DNA of 64,000 bases from Octopus vulgaris. Lineage: Eukaryota. A program made the translations under genes and the position numbers. The notes under the pieces were generated by a model that saw only the letters and a program-made list of their open reading frames with translations, was not told where the DNA came from and did no database searches. Shown here piece by piece: positions 39,718-56,933 of this stretch. Within the stretch, counting starts at the first letter, position 1; every line of letters begins with the position of its first letter. The stretch covers positions 6,448,001-6,512,000 of the forward strand of contig CATOCA020000001.1 of NCBI GenBank assembly GCA_951406725.2, in the 5' to 3' direction.

Positions 39718-41411
39718 CTATATATATATACATATATATAAACACACACACATACATACATATATATATATACACATCTATATATATATATATATCATTT
39801 CATTATATAACAATTTTATCATGAGATAACCCCTTTGAGATTATAACATAAGAGTCCATTTTAAGAGAAAAATCATTTTACATTACCGTTACAAAGTTCA
39901 ACTTCACTGTTTAGATGTTTCGATTCGGCAGTTTTCTCTAGAAATGAATAACCAATCTTCCTACACTTAATTATGTATTTTCCAAACACAATGAAAGTTT
40001 TTCAGCCAATCAAATCGTTTTCCTGGACATTATTTATCTAATTTATCATGGCTCTTATTTCTGCCTTTTTCTCCTACTACAATATTTCTTAGTCAATATT
40101 TTTAAGATTGATTTTTCGGTTGTCACCATTTTGTTCAATACATTGACATTTTGCTTTTGTTGATGGAGTCTGTAATGTATTCAGTATTGCAGCGTAACTA
40201 AGGACTTCAGATGGAGTCGGAGAATGATATGCATACATAAATACATACATACATACGTACATAAAACATACATACATACATACATGCATGCAACCATGCT
40301 TGCGTGCATGCATGCATATATACATACATACATATATACATAAATGCATACATGTATACATACATATATACATACATACATTAATACTTACATACATACA
40401 TTCATACTTACATGCTTAAAACATGCGTACGTACATACATTAGCTGGGATTAATTAATTAGTGACATATTTTATATATATTTTCCTAGATATTTCTCTGC
40501 AACAATTGATATCTTTTTGTGTGTGGGTGTGTTTGTGTGGGTGTGTTTGTGTGTGTGTGTGTCTGTCTGTCTGTCTGTGTGTGTGTACTTGTGCATGGCA
40601 ACAAGCCAACAAGTACAATGAATCGGATACAAAAGGCGTGTTTGTGAGCGAGAGAGAGAGTGAGAGAGTGAAAGAGAGAGTAAAGAGAAAGAGAGTGAGA
40701 GAGAGAGTGTGAGAGTGATATAGTGTGTGAGAGTGAGAGACAGGGACAGACAGACAGACAGTATCTTCCAGGCAGTTTATAGATTATAGGAATGGATTCA
40801 AAATAACAAGTGTTATAATTTCATGTTACGCTATGAAGAGTTGTGTTGAAAACATTTACAGTCAAAACATTTGACAACATTTGACAACATTGTAATCCTC
40901 TTCTGTTTTCAAATACTCAGGAAGTGTAAATGCGAAACAAGCATATGTTCTAGCTTCCGTTTGTGATTCTCCAAAATACATAATTATAAAGTGTATAGTT
41001 TGTATATAACAGAGTATTACTGTATTATAATAGCGAAAAACCTGATGTTCATTCGATTAAATTTCTCTTTCCACTTGGAGACAATAGGACCAACTTTATA
41101 GTATTATTAATTGATACAAACCCAATGTATTTCGAGTTTCCCGAATGTTCGACTTATCCGACTTGGAGTTAAGTGTGGCTTTTAACAAATATAACTGTGT
41201 CTTGAGGGCGGGGCCCGAAAAATTTCAACACAGCCGAACTTTAACATACGGAGATTTTACTGCACGCTCTCACAAAAATATATATACTCATATATACATA
41301 TATATCTATAGATACATAAACACATATATAAATTCATATACACACACCAAAGTATATATGTGTATATATATATACGTATACACATATATGCATATATATA
41401 TATATATATAT

Positions 41412-42160
41412 ATCATCATCATCATCATCATCGTTTAACGTCCGTTTTCCATGCTAGCATGGGTTGGACGGTTCGACCGGGGATCTGGGAAGCCAGAAGG
41501 CTGCCCCAGGCTCCGGTCTTATCTGGCAATGTTTCTACAGCTGGATGCCCTTCCTAACGCCAACCACTCCGTGAGTGTAGTGGGTGCTTTTTACGTGCCA
41601 CCTGCACTGGAGCCAGGCGAGGCTGGCATCGGCCACGATTCGGATGGTGCTTTTTACGTATCTCCAGTCCAGGGGTCCTGGCATCTGCCAAGTGCCAGTC
41701 ATAGGATTGGTTCAATTTCGATTCCGATTTCGATTTCGATTTCACATGCCCCAACAGGTCTTCGCAAGCAGAGGGGGTAGGCATAGGTGCCTGTCGTCGG
41801 ATGAGGTTCGATATCGACTCCGCTTGCCTCAACAGGTCTTTGTGTGTCCAAGGGAGGAAAGGCAGGCATAAATGGGCTGGACTCACTTGTCCTGCCTGGT
41901 CTTTTCACGCACAGCATATTTCCAAATTTCTCGGTCGCAGGTCATTTCCTCGGTGAGACCTAAAGTTCGAAGGTCGTGCTTCACCACCGGGTCCTAGGTT
42001 TTCCTGAGACTACCTCTTCCACGGGTTCCCTCCACTGCTAGGGATTGGCACTTTTTCACACACCTATCTTCATCCATTCTCGCCCCATGACCATACCAGC
42101 GCAAACGTCTCTCTTGCACATCACAACTGATGCTCCTTAAGTCCAACATTTCTCGCAGGG
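41412..42160 (-). mobile_element. RTE 3' fragment, unit 3
   Basis: Colinear with 27862-28608. Confidence 0.9.
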
Positions 42161-42210
42161 TATATATATATATATATATATACATACATGTATACACACA
42201 CGCACACACA

Positions 42211-42243
<33 letters not shown>

Positions 42244-42507
42244 CTATTTCATACGTAAATATAATTGGGACATTTTCCCCACTATGTGGAAACCCTTACG
42301 CTAGTAGAAGATTCGCCACTAAGAATTGTTCAGGAGAAAATTTAGAACACCAGAAACGTAAGCGAGCAAGACAAATGAAAATAACAAAAATATAGATTAA
42401 ACATAAACAATTGTTTCACTATTAACAAATTACGTAATTCTAATTACATAATAAATTCTATATTGTTGGATAGATAGACAGACAGACAGACGGATAGACA
42501 AGTAAGT

Positions 42508-42608
<101 letters not shown>

Positions 42609-43466
42609 GAGATAGATAGATAGATAGAGAGATAGATAGACCGACAGGCGGGCGGAGAGATCGATAGACAGATATATTATTTGTGATGTTGATCAGTACC
42701 TAGGAAACAAAACCTTTCCTGTTTTCAGAGCTCGATATATTATTGATTATAATTTGACGTAACATTTGTCTTTCATTGCACCTTCAACGACACACACAAA
42801 CACACACACACACACACACACACCCACGCACACACGAACCATTTAATGATTTCATAATACAGGTACGAGAAAAGCTCAGAAGTTTACTCTGGTTCATGTC
42901 ATGACACGTTACAAAGAAGGCGGAGGGAGGGATAACGAGAAGCAAGGAATCGACAGTCACTGACGCAACACAAAATTATCAACAATGCATACATCGCTCT
43001 CCCCAAATCCTCCCTCTCCCTCCCTCCCTCTTTCTCTCTCTCTCTCTCTCTTTCTCTGTCACTATATTAAATATATATTATATTGTGTGTGTGTTTGTGT
43101 GAGTGTGTGTGTGTGCGCGTGGGTGAATTTGCCATGAAAGACGACGGTTGCGTCAAATCATTATCATCAATGAGGTATTGAGTGCTTTGCTGTTTCCTAG
43201 AAACTGATAAACAACAGAATGTCTCTATCTGCCCATCTCTCTCTTTCTTTCTCTCTCTTTCGCTCTTTCTTTCTCTCTCTCTCTCTCTCGCACGCGCCCG
43301 CGCATACAGAGACACGCATAACATATACATATTGCTTGCCAACCATATGGTTCCCGGTTCAGTCCCAGTGCGTGCCACCATGGGAAAGTGATTTCTACTT
43401 TAACCTCGGGCTACCTAAAGTCTTCTCAGTGAATTCGGTTGACAGAAACTGAAAGAAGCCCGTCGA

Positions 43467-43514
<48 letters not shown>

Positions 43515-43914
43515 ACAAACACACACACACACATATCTATGTATGTATGAAAAGCTGGACTCATGAGTCATCTTCGTATTCATAAAACGAGACAGATGAG
43601 TGACAACCTGGCCACTGGTGGTGGTGTAACACACCGTACTAATCATATCTGGCGGGCATATGCAAGTGAGTGTAATACGGCAGGAGGACTTAAACGACAT
43701 GCAAAGGTACATGAAGCCCAGATACGACTACAGCCGGCTATTACCAGTAAATGATTTTGTTGCCAATTTTGTACAAGACATTGTAGATTCGGCAGTTTTC
43801 TTTAGAAACGAATGACCCAGGTTCCTGTAATTCATTGCCTTTTATTCTTTTATTTTTTCAGTCATTTGACTGCCGCATTGCTGGAGCATCGTCTTACAAA
43901 CACACACACGCACA

Positions 43915-43967
<53 letters not shown>

Positions 43968-45031
43968 GTGTGTGTGTGTATGTGTGTGTGCATGATTGGG
44001 AAGAAACCAAGACATGTCAACAATTTCAAAAGATCCGATGCAAAACGCAGCTCAGAGAGTGAGAGACAAAGACAGAGAGATACAGAAATTGAGAGAGAGA
44101 GAGAGAGAGTAAGAGAGAGTCTATCTGAGGGAGAGTTTATAGATTATATGAAAGGAATTAAAATATTAACATTGTTATAATTTAATGTAATGCAATGAAG
44201 AGTTGTGATACTGTGAACACTTTAATACCAAAACGTATGACTACTACACATTGTAATCTTTTCATAATCAAATAAATATCAGGCTTTTTTACTCATTTCT
44301 GGTTTCAAATACTCCTGAACAGTAAATGCGAATTTCGTTTACTAACTTTCGTTTGTGATTCTCCAAAATACATACTTATAAACTGTATAGTTTGTATATA
44401 ACAGAGTATTATTATAAATATAATAGCAAAAAATTCTGAAGTGTATTCGACTAAAGTTCCCTTTTCATTTCGAGAGGGTAGGAGTAAATGTAAAGTATTA
44501 TTATATTAATAGAAGCCACTTTTACCTGGCCTTAAGTGAATGTTCGACTTCGTTCGAGTTAGGCGTTGCTTTTAACATATAAAACTGTGTCTTGGGGTCG
44601 GGCACAGAAAATGTTCGACGGAACCGTGTGGTGGACTCATCCAACTTAAAGACAACGGGATTTTAATGTAATATGAAAGACTACATACACACTCTTACAA
44701 ACATATATATATATACACATATATACATATACAACTGTATATATACACACGCGCAAACATATAAACATATATATATGTATACATATATGTATATATTCAA
44801 ACACGTATGTATATATACACATATATATGTATATATATATATATATATATATGATTATATATGTATATATGTATACACATATACGTATATATATATAAAT
44901 ATGTATATATATATACACACACACAAACATATAAACATGTATATATATGTATACACATATACGTATATTTATAAATATGTGTATGTATATATATATATAT
45001 ATATATGTATGTATATATGTATATATATATA

Positions 45032-45161
<130 letters not shown>

Positions 45162-45344
45162 AAAGGGCTTAGTAAAATAAATTACTTTGCCGCATACTGA
45201 ACTCGTTAGAAATAGCAGCTAAAAAAACTTTTTATAAAACTATTTCTAACACTTAAAGAAAACCTCTCTCATATAGTGTTTGCTCAATTCAACCCAAGAA
45301 AGTATGAGGGTAGAGACATTAAAAAATCAAATGCAAAGATTATT

Positions 45345-45397
45345 TGAGTACGTACGTTTCAAGATTAGTCAAAATCGACCCTTCTCTCATCAGCTCA
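45345..45397 (-). ncRNA. Type I hammerhead ribozyme motif
   Basis: Exact reverse complement of 46271-46323. Confidence 0.85.
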
Positions 45398-46270
45398 GAA
45401 TGCCCTTGTTTGAATTTGAAAACACTGAAAATGGGAGCATACCCTTTCGGCTTGTTATCGCTTCTGAAGATCTGTTCCAAACTAACAGTGCCAACAAACT
45501 CAAATATGCAAGCGAAGAATTTCTGTTCTCCCCTTTCCACCAGCGTGGGTTAAAATCAGCAAACACTATGCTTTTTTCGGTAAAATCCGAGACAATTAAG
45601 TAGAGAGAGATGAATTATAATTTCAACAATTGAGGGTAAAATTAATTAATTAATTAATCAATTTCACCAAGTATTCAGTATGCAAAGTGACAATTTAAGG
45701 CAAATTCAAATTATTACATTATATAAAAGGGCTTAGTAAAATAAATTACTTTGCCGCATACTGAACTCGTTAGAAATAGCATTTAATGTCTCTACCCTCA
45801 TACTTTCTTGAGTTGAATTGAGCAAACACTATATGAGAGAGGTTTTCTTTAAGTGTTAGAAATAGTTTTATAAAAAGTTTTTTTAGCTGCTATTTCTAAG
45901 GAGTTCAGTATGCGGCAAAGTAATTTATTTTACTAAGCCCTTTTATATAATGTAATAATTTGAATTTGCCTTAAATGGTCCCTTTGCATACTGAATACTT
46001 GGTGAAATTGATTAATTAATTAATTAATTTTACCCTCAATTGTTGAAATTATAATTCATCTCTCTCTACTTAATGTCTCGGATTTTACCGAAAAAAGCAT
46101 AGTGTTTGCTGATTTTAACCCACGCTGGTGGAAAGGGGAGAACAGAAATTCTTCGCTTGCATATTTGAGTTTGTTGGCACTGTTAGTTTGGAACAGATCT
46201 TCAGAAGCGATAACAAGCCGAAAGGGTATGCTCCCATTTTCAGTGTTTTCAAATTCAAACAAGGGCATTC

Positions 46271-46323
46271 TGAGCTGATGAGAGAAGGGTCGATTTTGAC
46301 TAATCTTGAAACGTACGTACTCA
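46271..46323 (+). ncRNA. Type I hammerhead ribozyme motif
   Basis: Stem I TGAG/CTCA; core CTGATGA (46275-46281); stem II GAGA/TCTT with inner GTCG/TGAC; GAAA; palindromic stem III ACGTACGT; predicted cleavage after GTA (46319). Confidence 0.85.
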
Positions 46324-46455
46324 AATAACCTTTGCATTTGATTTTTTAATGTCTCTACCCTCATAATTACTTGGGTTGAATTGAGCAAACACTATATGAG
46401 AGAGGTTTTCTTTAAGTGTTAGAAATAGTGAAATTGATTAATTAATTAATTGTTG

Positions 46456-46506
<51 letters not shown>

Positions 46507-49500
46507 TAATATATATGTGCATATATATATAATCATATATCAATTCTATCATGAGATTACAGCATTGAAATTATAACATAAGTTTTGATTTTAAGATAAA
46601 ATTACTTAAACATTACTTTAAGAAGGGGCAACTTCACTGTTCTAATGTGTCGAACCTATCTTCCTAAACTTAATTACGTTTTATTCTAAACAAAATGAAC
46701 ATCTTGCCACTAATCAAACCCTTTAATTGGACTTTATTTATGAAATTTATCATGGCCTTTCTTTTTGTCTTTATCTCCTACCACAACACTTCCTAGTCAA
46801 TATGATTATTATTGATTTGGTCTAACCATTGTGTTCAATACGTTGATATTTTGCTTTTGTTGATGTCATTTGTAATGTATTCAGTATTGCACGGTAACCA
46901 AGGATTTCAGAGGGAGTTGGAAGGTGATAATTGCACATACATACCTACATACATATATATATATACATACATATATACATACAAACATACCTACATACAC
47001 ATACATACATACATACATACATATATACATACATACATACCTACATACATATATACATACATACATACATACATATATACATACATACATATATACATAC
47101 ATACATACATACATATATACATACATACATACCTACATACATATATACATATATACATATATACATACATACATACACACATACATACCTACATACCTTC
47201 ATACATACATACATACATACATACATACATACATACATACATACATACATACATACATACACAGATACGTACACACATACGTATATTTTATGGTCCCTTC
47301 AGTCATTGCATAACAGTTTTGAATTAGGGCTTGGTTTTGATGTTTAGGCCCCCACAAAACTGTGCATTAGCTGGGATTAATTAGCTAGCGAAATCTGTTT
47401 ATACGTAATTTTCTAAAAGTTTTTTCTGCGACGGTAAATAACAAAATTAGATTCCGGAAGGAAAATTAAAGCAATATCCTAATTTTGAAAAAGACAATAC
47501 AATATTTTGGAGTGAAAACTCAAAAATGAATGTTTAAAATGTAGTTATATAGTAGCTTTGCTTGTTACTATGGAAACAGGTACGCATGTGTCTGCGTCTA
47601 ACCATTTCTGACAATGACCTTCTGTTCGAAGTTTCAATGTTATATAGATAATTACATACACACTCTTTCACACATATACATAAACATATGTACACCTATC
47701 TATACATGCATAAATATATATAAATTCCTATATACACACAGGCAAACACACACACACATATAAATATGTATATAGAAATATGTATATATGGGTATAAATA
47801 TATATATGTGTATGTATATAAACACATACATATTATGCATATTTATATGTATATATACATATTATTATATATATATGCATGTATTTATATACACGTATAT
47901 ATTATATATATATATATATACATATATATGTTTTTCATTTCATTATATAACAATGTTATCATGAGATAGCTCCATTGAGATTATAACATAAGTGTCCATC
48001 TTAAGAGAAAAATCATTTAACATTACCTTTAAAAAGTTTAACTTCACTGTTTAAATGTTTCGATTCGGCAGTTTTCTCTAGAAATGAATAACCTATCTTC
48101 CTATACTTAATTATGTATTTTGCAAACACAATGAAAGTTTTTCAGCCAATCAAATCGTTTTCCTGGACATTAATTATCTACTTTATCATGGCTCTTATTT
48201 CTGCCTTTTTCTCCTACTACAATATTTCTTAGTCAATATTTTTATGATTGATTTTTCGGTTGTCACTATTTTGTTCAATACATTGACATTTTGCTTTTCT
48301 TGATGAAGTCTGTAATGTATTCAGTATTGAGCGTAACTAAGGACTTCAGATGGAGTCGGAAAATGATATGCATACATAAATACATACATACATACATACA
48401 TAAAGACATACATACATACATACATACATGCATGCAACCATGCTTGCGTGCATGCATGCATATATACATACATACATACATACATACATAAATGCATACA
48501 TGTATACATACATATATACATACATACATTAATAATTACATACATACATTCATACTTACATGCTTAAAACATGCGTACATACATACATTAGCTGGGATTA
48601 ATTAATTAGTGAAATATTTTATATATATTTTCCTAGATATTTCTCTGCAACAATTGATGTCTTTTTGTGTGTGGGTGTGTTTGTGTGTGTGTGTGTGTGT
48701 GTGTCTGTCTGTCTGTGTGTGTGTACTTGTGCATGGCAACAAGCCAACAAGTACAATGAATCGGATACAAAAGGCGTGTTTGTGAGCGAGAGAGAGAGTG
48801 AGAGAGTGAAAGTGAGAGGGAGAAAGAGAGTGAGAGAGAGAGTGTGAGAATGAGAGAGTGTGTGAGAGTGAGAGACAGTGACAGACAGACAGACAGTATC
48901 TTCCAGGCAGTTTATAGGTTATAGGAATTGATTCAAAATAACAACAGTGATATAAGTTAACGTAAGAGTTGTGATGAAAACGCTTACAGTCAAAACATTT
49001 GACTACATTTGACAACATTGTAATCCTCTTCTGTTTTCAAATACTCAGGAAGTGTAAATGCGAAACAAGCATATGTTCTAGCTTCCGTTTGTTATTCTCC
49101 AAAATACATAATTATAAAGTGTATAGTTTGTATATAACAGAGTATTACTGTATTATAATAGCGAAAAACCTGATGTTCATTCGATTAAATTTCTCTTTCC
49201 ACTTGGAGACAATAGGACCAACTTTATAGTATTATTAATTGATACAAACCCAATGTATTTCGAGTTTCCCGAATGTTCGACTTATCCGACTTGGAGTTAA
49301 GTGTGGCTTTTAACAAATATAATTGTGTCTTGGGGGCGGGGCCCGAAAAATTTCAACACAGCCGAACTTTAACATACGGAGATTTTACTGCACGCTCTCA
49401 CAAAAATATATATACTCATATATACATATATATCTATAGATACATAAACACATATATAAATTCATATACACACACCAAAGTATATATGTGTATATATATA

Positions 49501-49516
49501 TACATAAACACATATA

Positions 49517-49546
<30 letters not shown>

Positions 49547-49547
<1 letters not shown>

Positions 49548-50292
49548 CATCATCATCATCATCATCGTTTAACGTCCGTTTTCCATGCTAGCATGGGTTG
49601 GACGGTTCGACCGGGGATCTGGGAAGCCAGAAGGCTGCCCCAGGCTCCGGTCTTATCTGGCAATGTTTCTACAGCTGGATGCCCTTCCTAACGCCAAACA
49701 CTCCGTGAGTGTAGTGGGTGCTTTTTACGTGCCACCTGCACTGGAGCCAGGCGAGGCTGGCATCGGCTACGATTCGGATGGTGCTTTTTACGTATCTCCA
49801 GTCCAGTGGTCCTGGCATTTGCCAGGTGCCAGTCATAGGATTGGTTCAATTTCGATTCCGATTTCGATTTCGATTTCACTTGGCCCAACAGGTCTTCGCA
49901 AGCAGAGGGGGTAGGCATAGGTGCCTGTCGTCGGATGAGGTTCGATATCGACTCCGCTTGCCTCAACAGGTCTTTGTGTGTCCAAGGGAGGAAAGGCAGG
50001 CATAAATGGGCTGGACTCACTTGTCCTGCCTGGTCTTTTCACGCACAGCATATTTCCAAAGTTCTCGGTCGCAGGTCATTTCCTCGGTGAGACCTAAAGT
50101 TCGAAGGTCATGGTTTACCACCTCGTCCTAGGTTTTCCTGGGTCTACCTCTTCCACGGGTTCCCTCCACTGCTAGGGATTGGCACTTTTTCACACACCTA
50201 TCTTCATCCATTCTCGCCACATGACCATACCAGCGCAAACGTCTCTCTTGCACACCACAACTGATTCTCCTTAAGTCCAACATTTCTCTCAG

Positions 50293-50294
<2 letters not shown>
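49547..50294 (-). mobile_element. RTE 3' fragment, unit 4
   Basis: Colinear with 27862-28608. Confidence 0.9.
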
Positions 50295-50338
<44 letters not shown>

Positions 50339-50366
50339 CATACATGTATACACACACGCACACACA

Positions 50367-50416
<50 letters not shown>

Positions 50417-50681
50417 TATTTCATACGTAAATATAATTGGGACATTTTCCCCACTATGTGGAAACCCTTACGCTAGTAGAAGATTCGCCAGTAAGAATTG
50501 TTCTGGAGAAAATTTAGAACACCAGAAACGTAAGCGAGCAAGACAAATGAAAATAACAAAAATATAGATTAAACATAAACAATTGTTTCACTATTAACAA
50601 CTTACGTAATTCTAATTACATAAGAAATTCTATATTGTTGGATAGATAGACAGACAGACAGACGGATAGACAAGTAAGTTG

Positions 50682-50816
<135 letters not shown>

Positions 50817-50982
50817 TATAGAGAGATAGATAGACCGACAGGCGGGCGGAGAGATCGATAGACAGATATATTATTTGTGATGTTGATCAGTACCTAGGAA
50901 ACAAAACCTTTCCTGTTTTCAGAGCTCGATATATTATTGATTATAATTTGACGTAACATTTGTGTTTCATTGCACCTTCAAC

Positions 50983-51027
<45 letters not shown>

Positions 51028-51670
51028 AGCCACGCACACACGAACCATTTAATGATTTCATAATACAGGTACGAGAAAAGCTCAGAAGTTTACTCTGGTT
51101 CATGTCATGACACGTTACAAAGAAGGCGGAGGGAGGGACAAGGAGAAGCAAGGAATCGACACAATCCCTGACGCAACAGAAAACTATCAACAATGCATAC
51201 ATCGCTCTCCCCAAACCCTCCCTCCCCCTCCCTCCCTCTTTCTCTCTCTCTCTCTCTTTCTCTGTCACTATATTAAATATATATTATATTGTGTGTGTGT
51301 TTGTGTGAGTGTGTGTGTGTGCGCGTGGGTGAATTTGCCATGAAAGACGAAGGTTGCGTCAAATCATTATCATCAATGAGGTATTGAGTGCTTTGCTGTT
51401 TCCTAGAAACTGATAAACAACAGAATGTCTCTATCTGCCCATCTCTCTCTTTCTTTCTCTCTCTTTCTCTCTTTCTTTCTCTCTCTCTCTCTCGCACGCG
51501 CCCGCGCATACAGAGACACGCATAACATATACATATTGCTTGCCAACCGTATGGTTCCCGGTTCAGTCCCAGTGCGTGGCACCATGGGCAAGTGATTTCT
51601 ACTTTAACCTCGGGCTACCTAAAGTCTTCTCAGTGAATTCGGTTGACAGAAACTGAAAGAAGCCCGTCGA

Positions 51671-51726
<56 letters not shown>

Positions 51727-52107
51727 ACTCACACACATCTATGTATGTATGAAAAGCTGGACTCATGAGTCATCTTCGTATTCATAAAACGAGACAGATG
51801 AGTGACAACCTAACCACTGGTGGTGGTGTAACACACCATACTAATCATATCTGTCGGGCATATGCAAGTGAGTGTAATACGGCAGGAGGACTTAAACGAC
51901 ATGCAAAGGTACATGAAGCCCAGATACGACTACAGCCGGCTATTACCAGTAAATGATTTTGTTGCCAATTTTGTACAAGACATTGTAGATTCGGCAGTTT
52001 TCTTTAGAAACGAATGACCCAGGTTCCTGTAATTCATTGCCTTTTATTCTTTTATTTTTTCAGTCATTTGACTGCCGCAATGCTGGAGCATCGTCTTACA
52101 CACACAC

Positions 52108-52147
<40 letters not shown>

Positions 52148-53017
52148 ACACACACACACACGTGTGTGTGTGTATGTGTGTGTGCATGATTGGGAAGAAA
52201 CCAAGACATGTCAACAATTTCAAAAATTCCGATGAAAAAGGCTGCTCAGAGAGTGAGAGACAAAGACAGAGAGAGACAGAAAGTTCGAGAGAGAGAGAGA
52301 GAGAGTAAGAGAGAGTCTATCTGAGGGAGAGTTTATAGATTATATGAAAGGAATTAAAATATTAACATTGTTATAATTTAATGTAATGCAATGAAGTGTT
52401 GGGATACTGTGAACACTTTAATACCAAAACGTATGACTACTACACATTGTAATATTTTCATAATCAAATAAATATCAGGCTTTTTTACTCATTTCTGGTT
52501 TCAAATACTCCAGAACAGTAAATGCGAATTTCGTTTACTAACTTTCGTTTGTGATTCTCCAAAATACATTCTTATAAACTGTATAGTTTGTACTTAACAG
52601 AGTATTACTATAAATATAATAGCAAAAAATTCTGAAGCGTATTCGACTAAAGTTCCCTTTTCATTTCGAGACGGTAGGAGTAAATGTAAAGTATTATTAT
52701 ATTAATAGAAGCCACTTTTACTTGGCCTTAAGTGAATGTTCGACTTCGTTCGAGTTAGGCGTTGCTTTTAACATATAAAACTGTCTTGGGGTCGGGCACA
52801 GAAAATGTTCGACGGAACCGTGTGGTGGACTTATCCGACTTAAAGACAACGGGATTTTAATGTAATATGAATGACTACAAACACACTCCTACAAACATAT
52901 ATATATATACACATATATACATATACAACTGTATATATACACACGCGCAAACATATAAACATATATATATGTATACATATATATGTATATTCAAACACGT
53001 ATGTATATATACACGTA

Positions 53018-53050
<33 letters not shown>

Positions 53051-53083
53051 GATTATATATGTATATATGTATACACATATACG

Positions 53084-53130
<47 letters not shown>

Positions 53131-53284
53131 GCAAACATATAAACATGTATATATATGTATACACATATACGTATATTTATAAATATGTGTATGTATATAT
53201 ATATATATATATACATATGTATGTATATATGTATATATACATATTTATATATATATATATACGTATATGTATATATATATAGTT

Positions 53285-53441
<157 letters not shown>

Positions 53442-53944
53442 TATGTGCATATATATATAATCATATATCAATTCTATCATGAGATTACAGCATTGAAATT
53501 ATAACATAAGTTTTGATTTTAAGACAAAATTACTTAAACATTACTTTAAGAAGGGGCAACTTCACTGTTCTAAGGTGTCGAACCTATCTTCCTAAACTTA
53601 ATTACGTTTTTTCTAAACAAAATGAACATCTTGCCACAAATCAAACCCTTTAATTGGACTTTATTTATGAAATTTATCATGGCCTTTCTTTTTGTCTTTA
53701 TCTCCTACCACAACACTTCCTAGTCAATATGATTATTATCGATTTGGTCTCACCATTGTGTTCAATACATTGATATTTTGCTTCTGTTGATGTCATTTGT
53801 AATGTATTCAGTTTTGCACGGTAACTAAGGATTTCAGAGGGAGTTGGAAGGTGATATTTGCACATACATACCTACATACATATATACATACATATATACA
53901 TACATACACACATACACACACACATACATACATACATACATACA

Positions 53945-53978
<34 letters not shown>

Positions 53979-56516
53979 CATGCATACATACATATACAGA
54001 TACGTACACACATACATATATTTTATGGTCCCTTCAGTCATTGCAAAAAAGTTTTGAATTAGGGCTTAGTTTTGATGTTTAGGGAACCACAAAACTGTGC
54101 ATTAGCTGAGATTAATTAGCTAGCGAAATCTGTTTATACGTAATTTTCTAAATGTTTTATCTGCGACGGTAAATAACAAAATTAGATTCCGGAAGGAAAA
54201 TTAAAGCAATATCCTAATTTTGAAAAAGACAACACAATATTTTGGAGTGAAAACTGAAAAATGAATGTTTAAAATGTAGTTATATAGTAGCTTTGCTTGT
54301 TACTATGGAAACAGGTACGTATGTGACTGCGGCTAACCATTTCTGAAAATGACCTTCCGTTCGAAGTTTCAACGTTATATAGATAATTACATACACACTC
54401 TTACACACATATACATAAACATATGTACACATATCTATCTATACATGCATAAATATATATAAATTCCAATATACACAGAGGCAAACACACACACACATAT
54501 AAATATGTATATAGATATGTGTATATATGGGTATAAATATATATATGTGTATGTATATAAACACATACATATTATGCATATTTATATGTATATATACATA
54601 TTATTATATATATATCCATGTATTTATATACACCTATATATTATATATATATATATATTTCATTTCATTATATAACAATGTTATCATGAGATTACCCCTT
54701 TGTGATTATAACATAAGTGTCCATCTTAAAACTATCAACAATGCATACATCGCTCTCCCCAAACCCACCCTCTCCCTCCCTCCCTCCCTCTTTCTCCCTC
54801 TCTCTCTCTCTCTCTTTCTCTGTCACTATATTAAATATATATTATATTGTGTGTGTGTTTGTGTGAGTGTGTGTGTGTGCGCGTGGGTGAATTTGCCATG
54901 AATGACGAAGGTTGCGTCAAATCATTATCATCAATGAGGTATTGAGTGTTTTGCTGTTTCCTAGAAACTGATAAACAACAGAATGTCTCTATCTGCTCAT
55001 CTCTCGGTTTCTCTCTCTCTCTTTCTCTCTTTCTTTCTCTCTCTCTCTCTCTCTCTCGCCCGCGCCGGCGCATACAGAGACGCGCATAACATATACATAT
55101 TGCTTGCCAACCATATGGTTCCCGGTTCAGTCCCAGTGCGTGCCACCATGGGCAAGTTATTTCTACTTTAAACTCGGGCTACCTAAAGTCTTCTCAGTGA
55201 ATTCGGTAGATAGAAACTGAAAGAAGCCCGTCGAATACACACACACACACACACATCTATGTATGTATGAAAAGCTGGACTCATGAGTCATCTTCGTATT
55301 CATAAAACGAGACAGATGAGTGACAACCTAACCAATGGTGGTGGTGTAACACACCATACTAATCATATCTGTCGGGCATATGCAAGTGAGTGTAATACGG
55401 CAGGAGGACTTAAGCGACATGCAAAGGTACATGAAGCCCAGATACGACTACAGCCGGCTATTACCAGTAAATGATTTTGTTGCCAATTTTGTACAAGACA
55501 TTGTAGATTCGGCAGTTTTCTTTAGAAACGAATGACACAGGTTCCTGTAATTCATTGCCTTTTATTCTTTTATTTTTTCAGTCATTTGACTGCCGCAATG
55601 CTGGAGCATCGTCTTACACACACACACACGCACACACACAAACACACAGACACACATGTCTGTGTGTGTGTGTGTGTGTGCATGATTGGGAAGAAACCAA
55701 GACAACATGTCAACAATTTCAAAAGATCCGATGCAAAAGGCAGCTCAGAGAGTGAGAGACAAAGACAGAGAGAGACAGAAAGTGAGAGAGAGAGAGAGAG
55801 AGTAAGAGAGAGTCTATCCGAGGGAGAGTTTATAGATTATATGAAAGGAATTAAAATATTAACATTGTTATAATTTAATGTAATGCAATGAAGAGTTGTG
55901 ATACTGTGAACACTTTAATACCAAAACGTATGTCTACTACACATTGTAATCTTTTCATAATCATATAAATATCAGGCTTTTTTACTCATTTCTGTTTTCA
56001 AATACTCCTGAACAGTAAATGCGAATTTCGTTTACTAACTTTCGTTTGTGATTCTCCAAAATACATACTTATAAACTGTATAGTTTGTATATAACAGAGT
56101 ATTACTCTAAATATAATAGCAAAAAAGTCTGGAGTGTATTCGACTAAAGTTCCCTTTTCATTTCGAGACGGTAGGAGTAAATGTAAAGTATTATTATATT
56201 AATAGAAGCCACTTTTACTTGGCCTTAAGTGAATGTTCGACTTCGTTCGAGTTAGGCGTTGCTTTTAACTTATAAAACTGTCTTGGGGTCGGGCACAGAA
56301 AATGTTCGACGGAACCGTGTGGTGGACTTATCCAACTTAAAGTCAACGGGAATTTAATGTAATATGAATGACTACAAACACACTCCTACAAACATATATA
56401 TATACACATATATACATATACAACTGTATATATACACACGCGCAAACATATAAACATATATATATATGTATACATATATATGTATATTCACACACGTATG
56501 TATATATACACATATA

Positions 56517-56554
<38 letters not shown>

Positions 56555-56814
56555 TATATATGTATATATGTATACACATATACGTATATATATATAAATA
56601 TGTATATATATATATACACGCAAACATATAAACATGTATATATATGTATACACATATACGTATATTTTTAAATATGTGTATGTATATATATATATATGTA
56701 TACATATGTATGTATATATGTATATATACATAGTTATATATATATATATACGTATATGTATATATATATAGTTACATATAGTTATATATATATATATATA
56801 TATACATATAGTTA

Positions 56815-56933
<119 letters not shown>

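Noticed and set aside
45280-46388. 107/110-aa ORFs in the inverted insertion
   Set aside because: No recognisable domain; duplicated only because the DNA is duplicated, and they overlap the ribozyme in antisense
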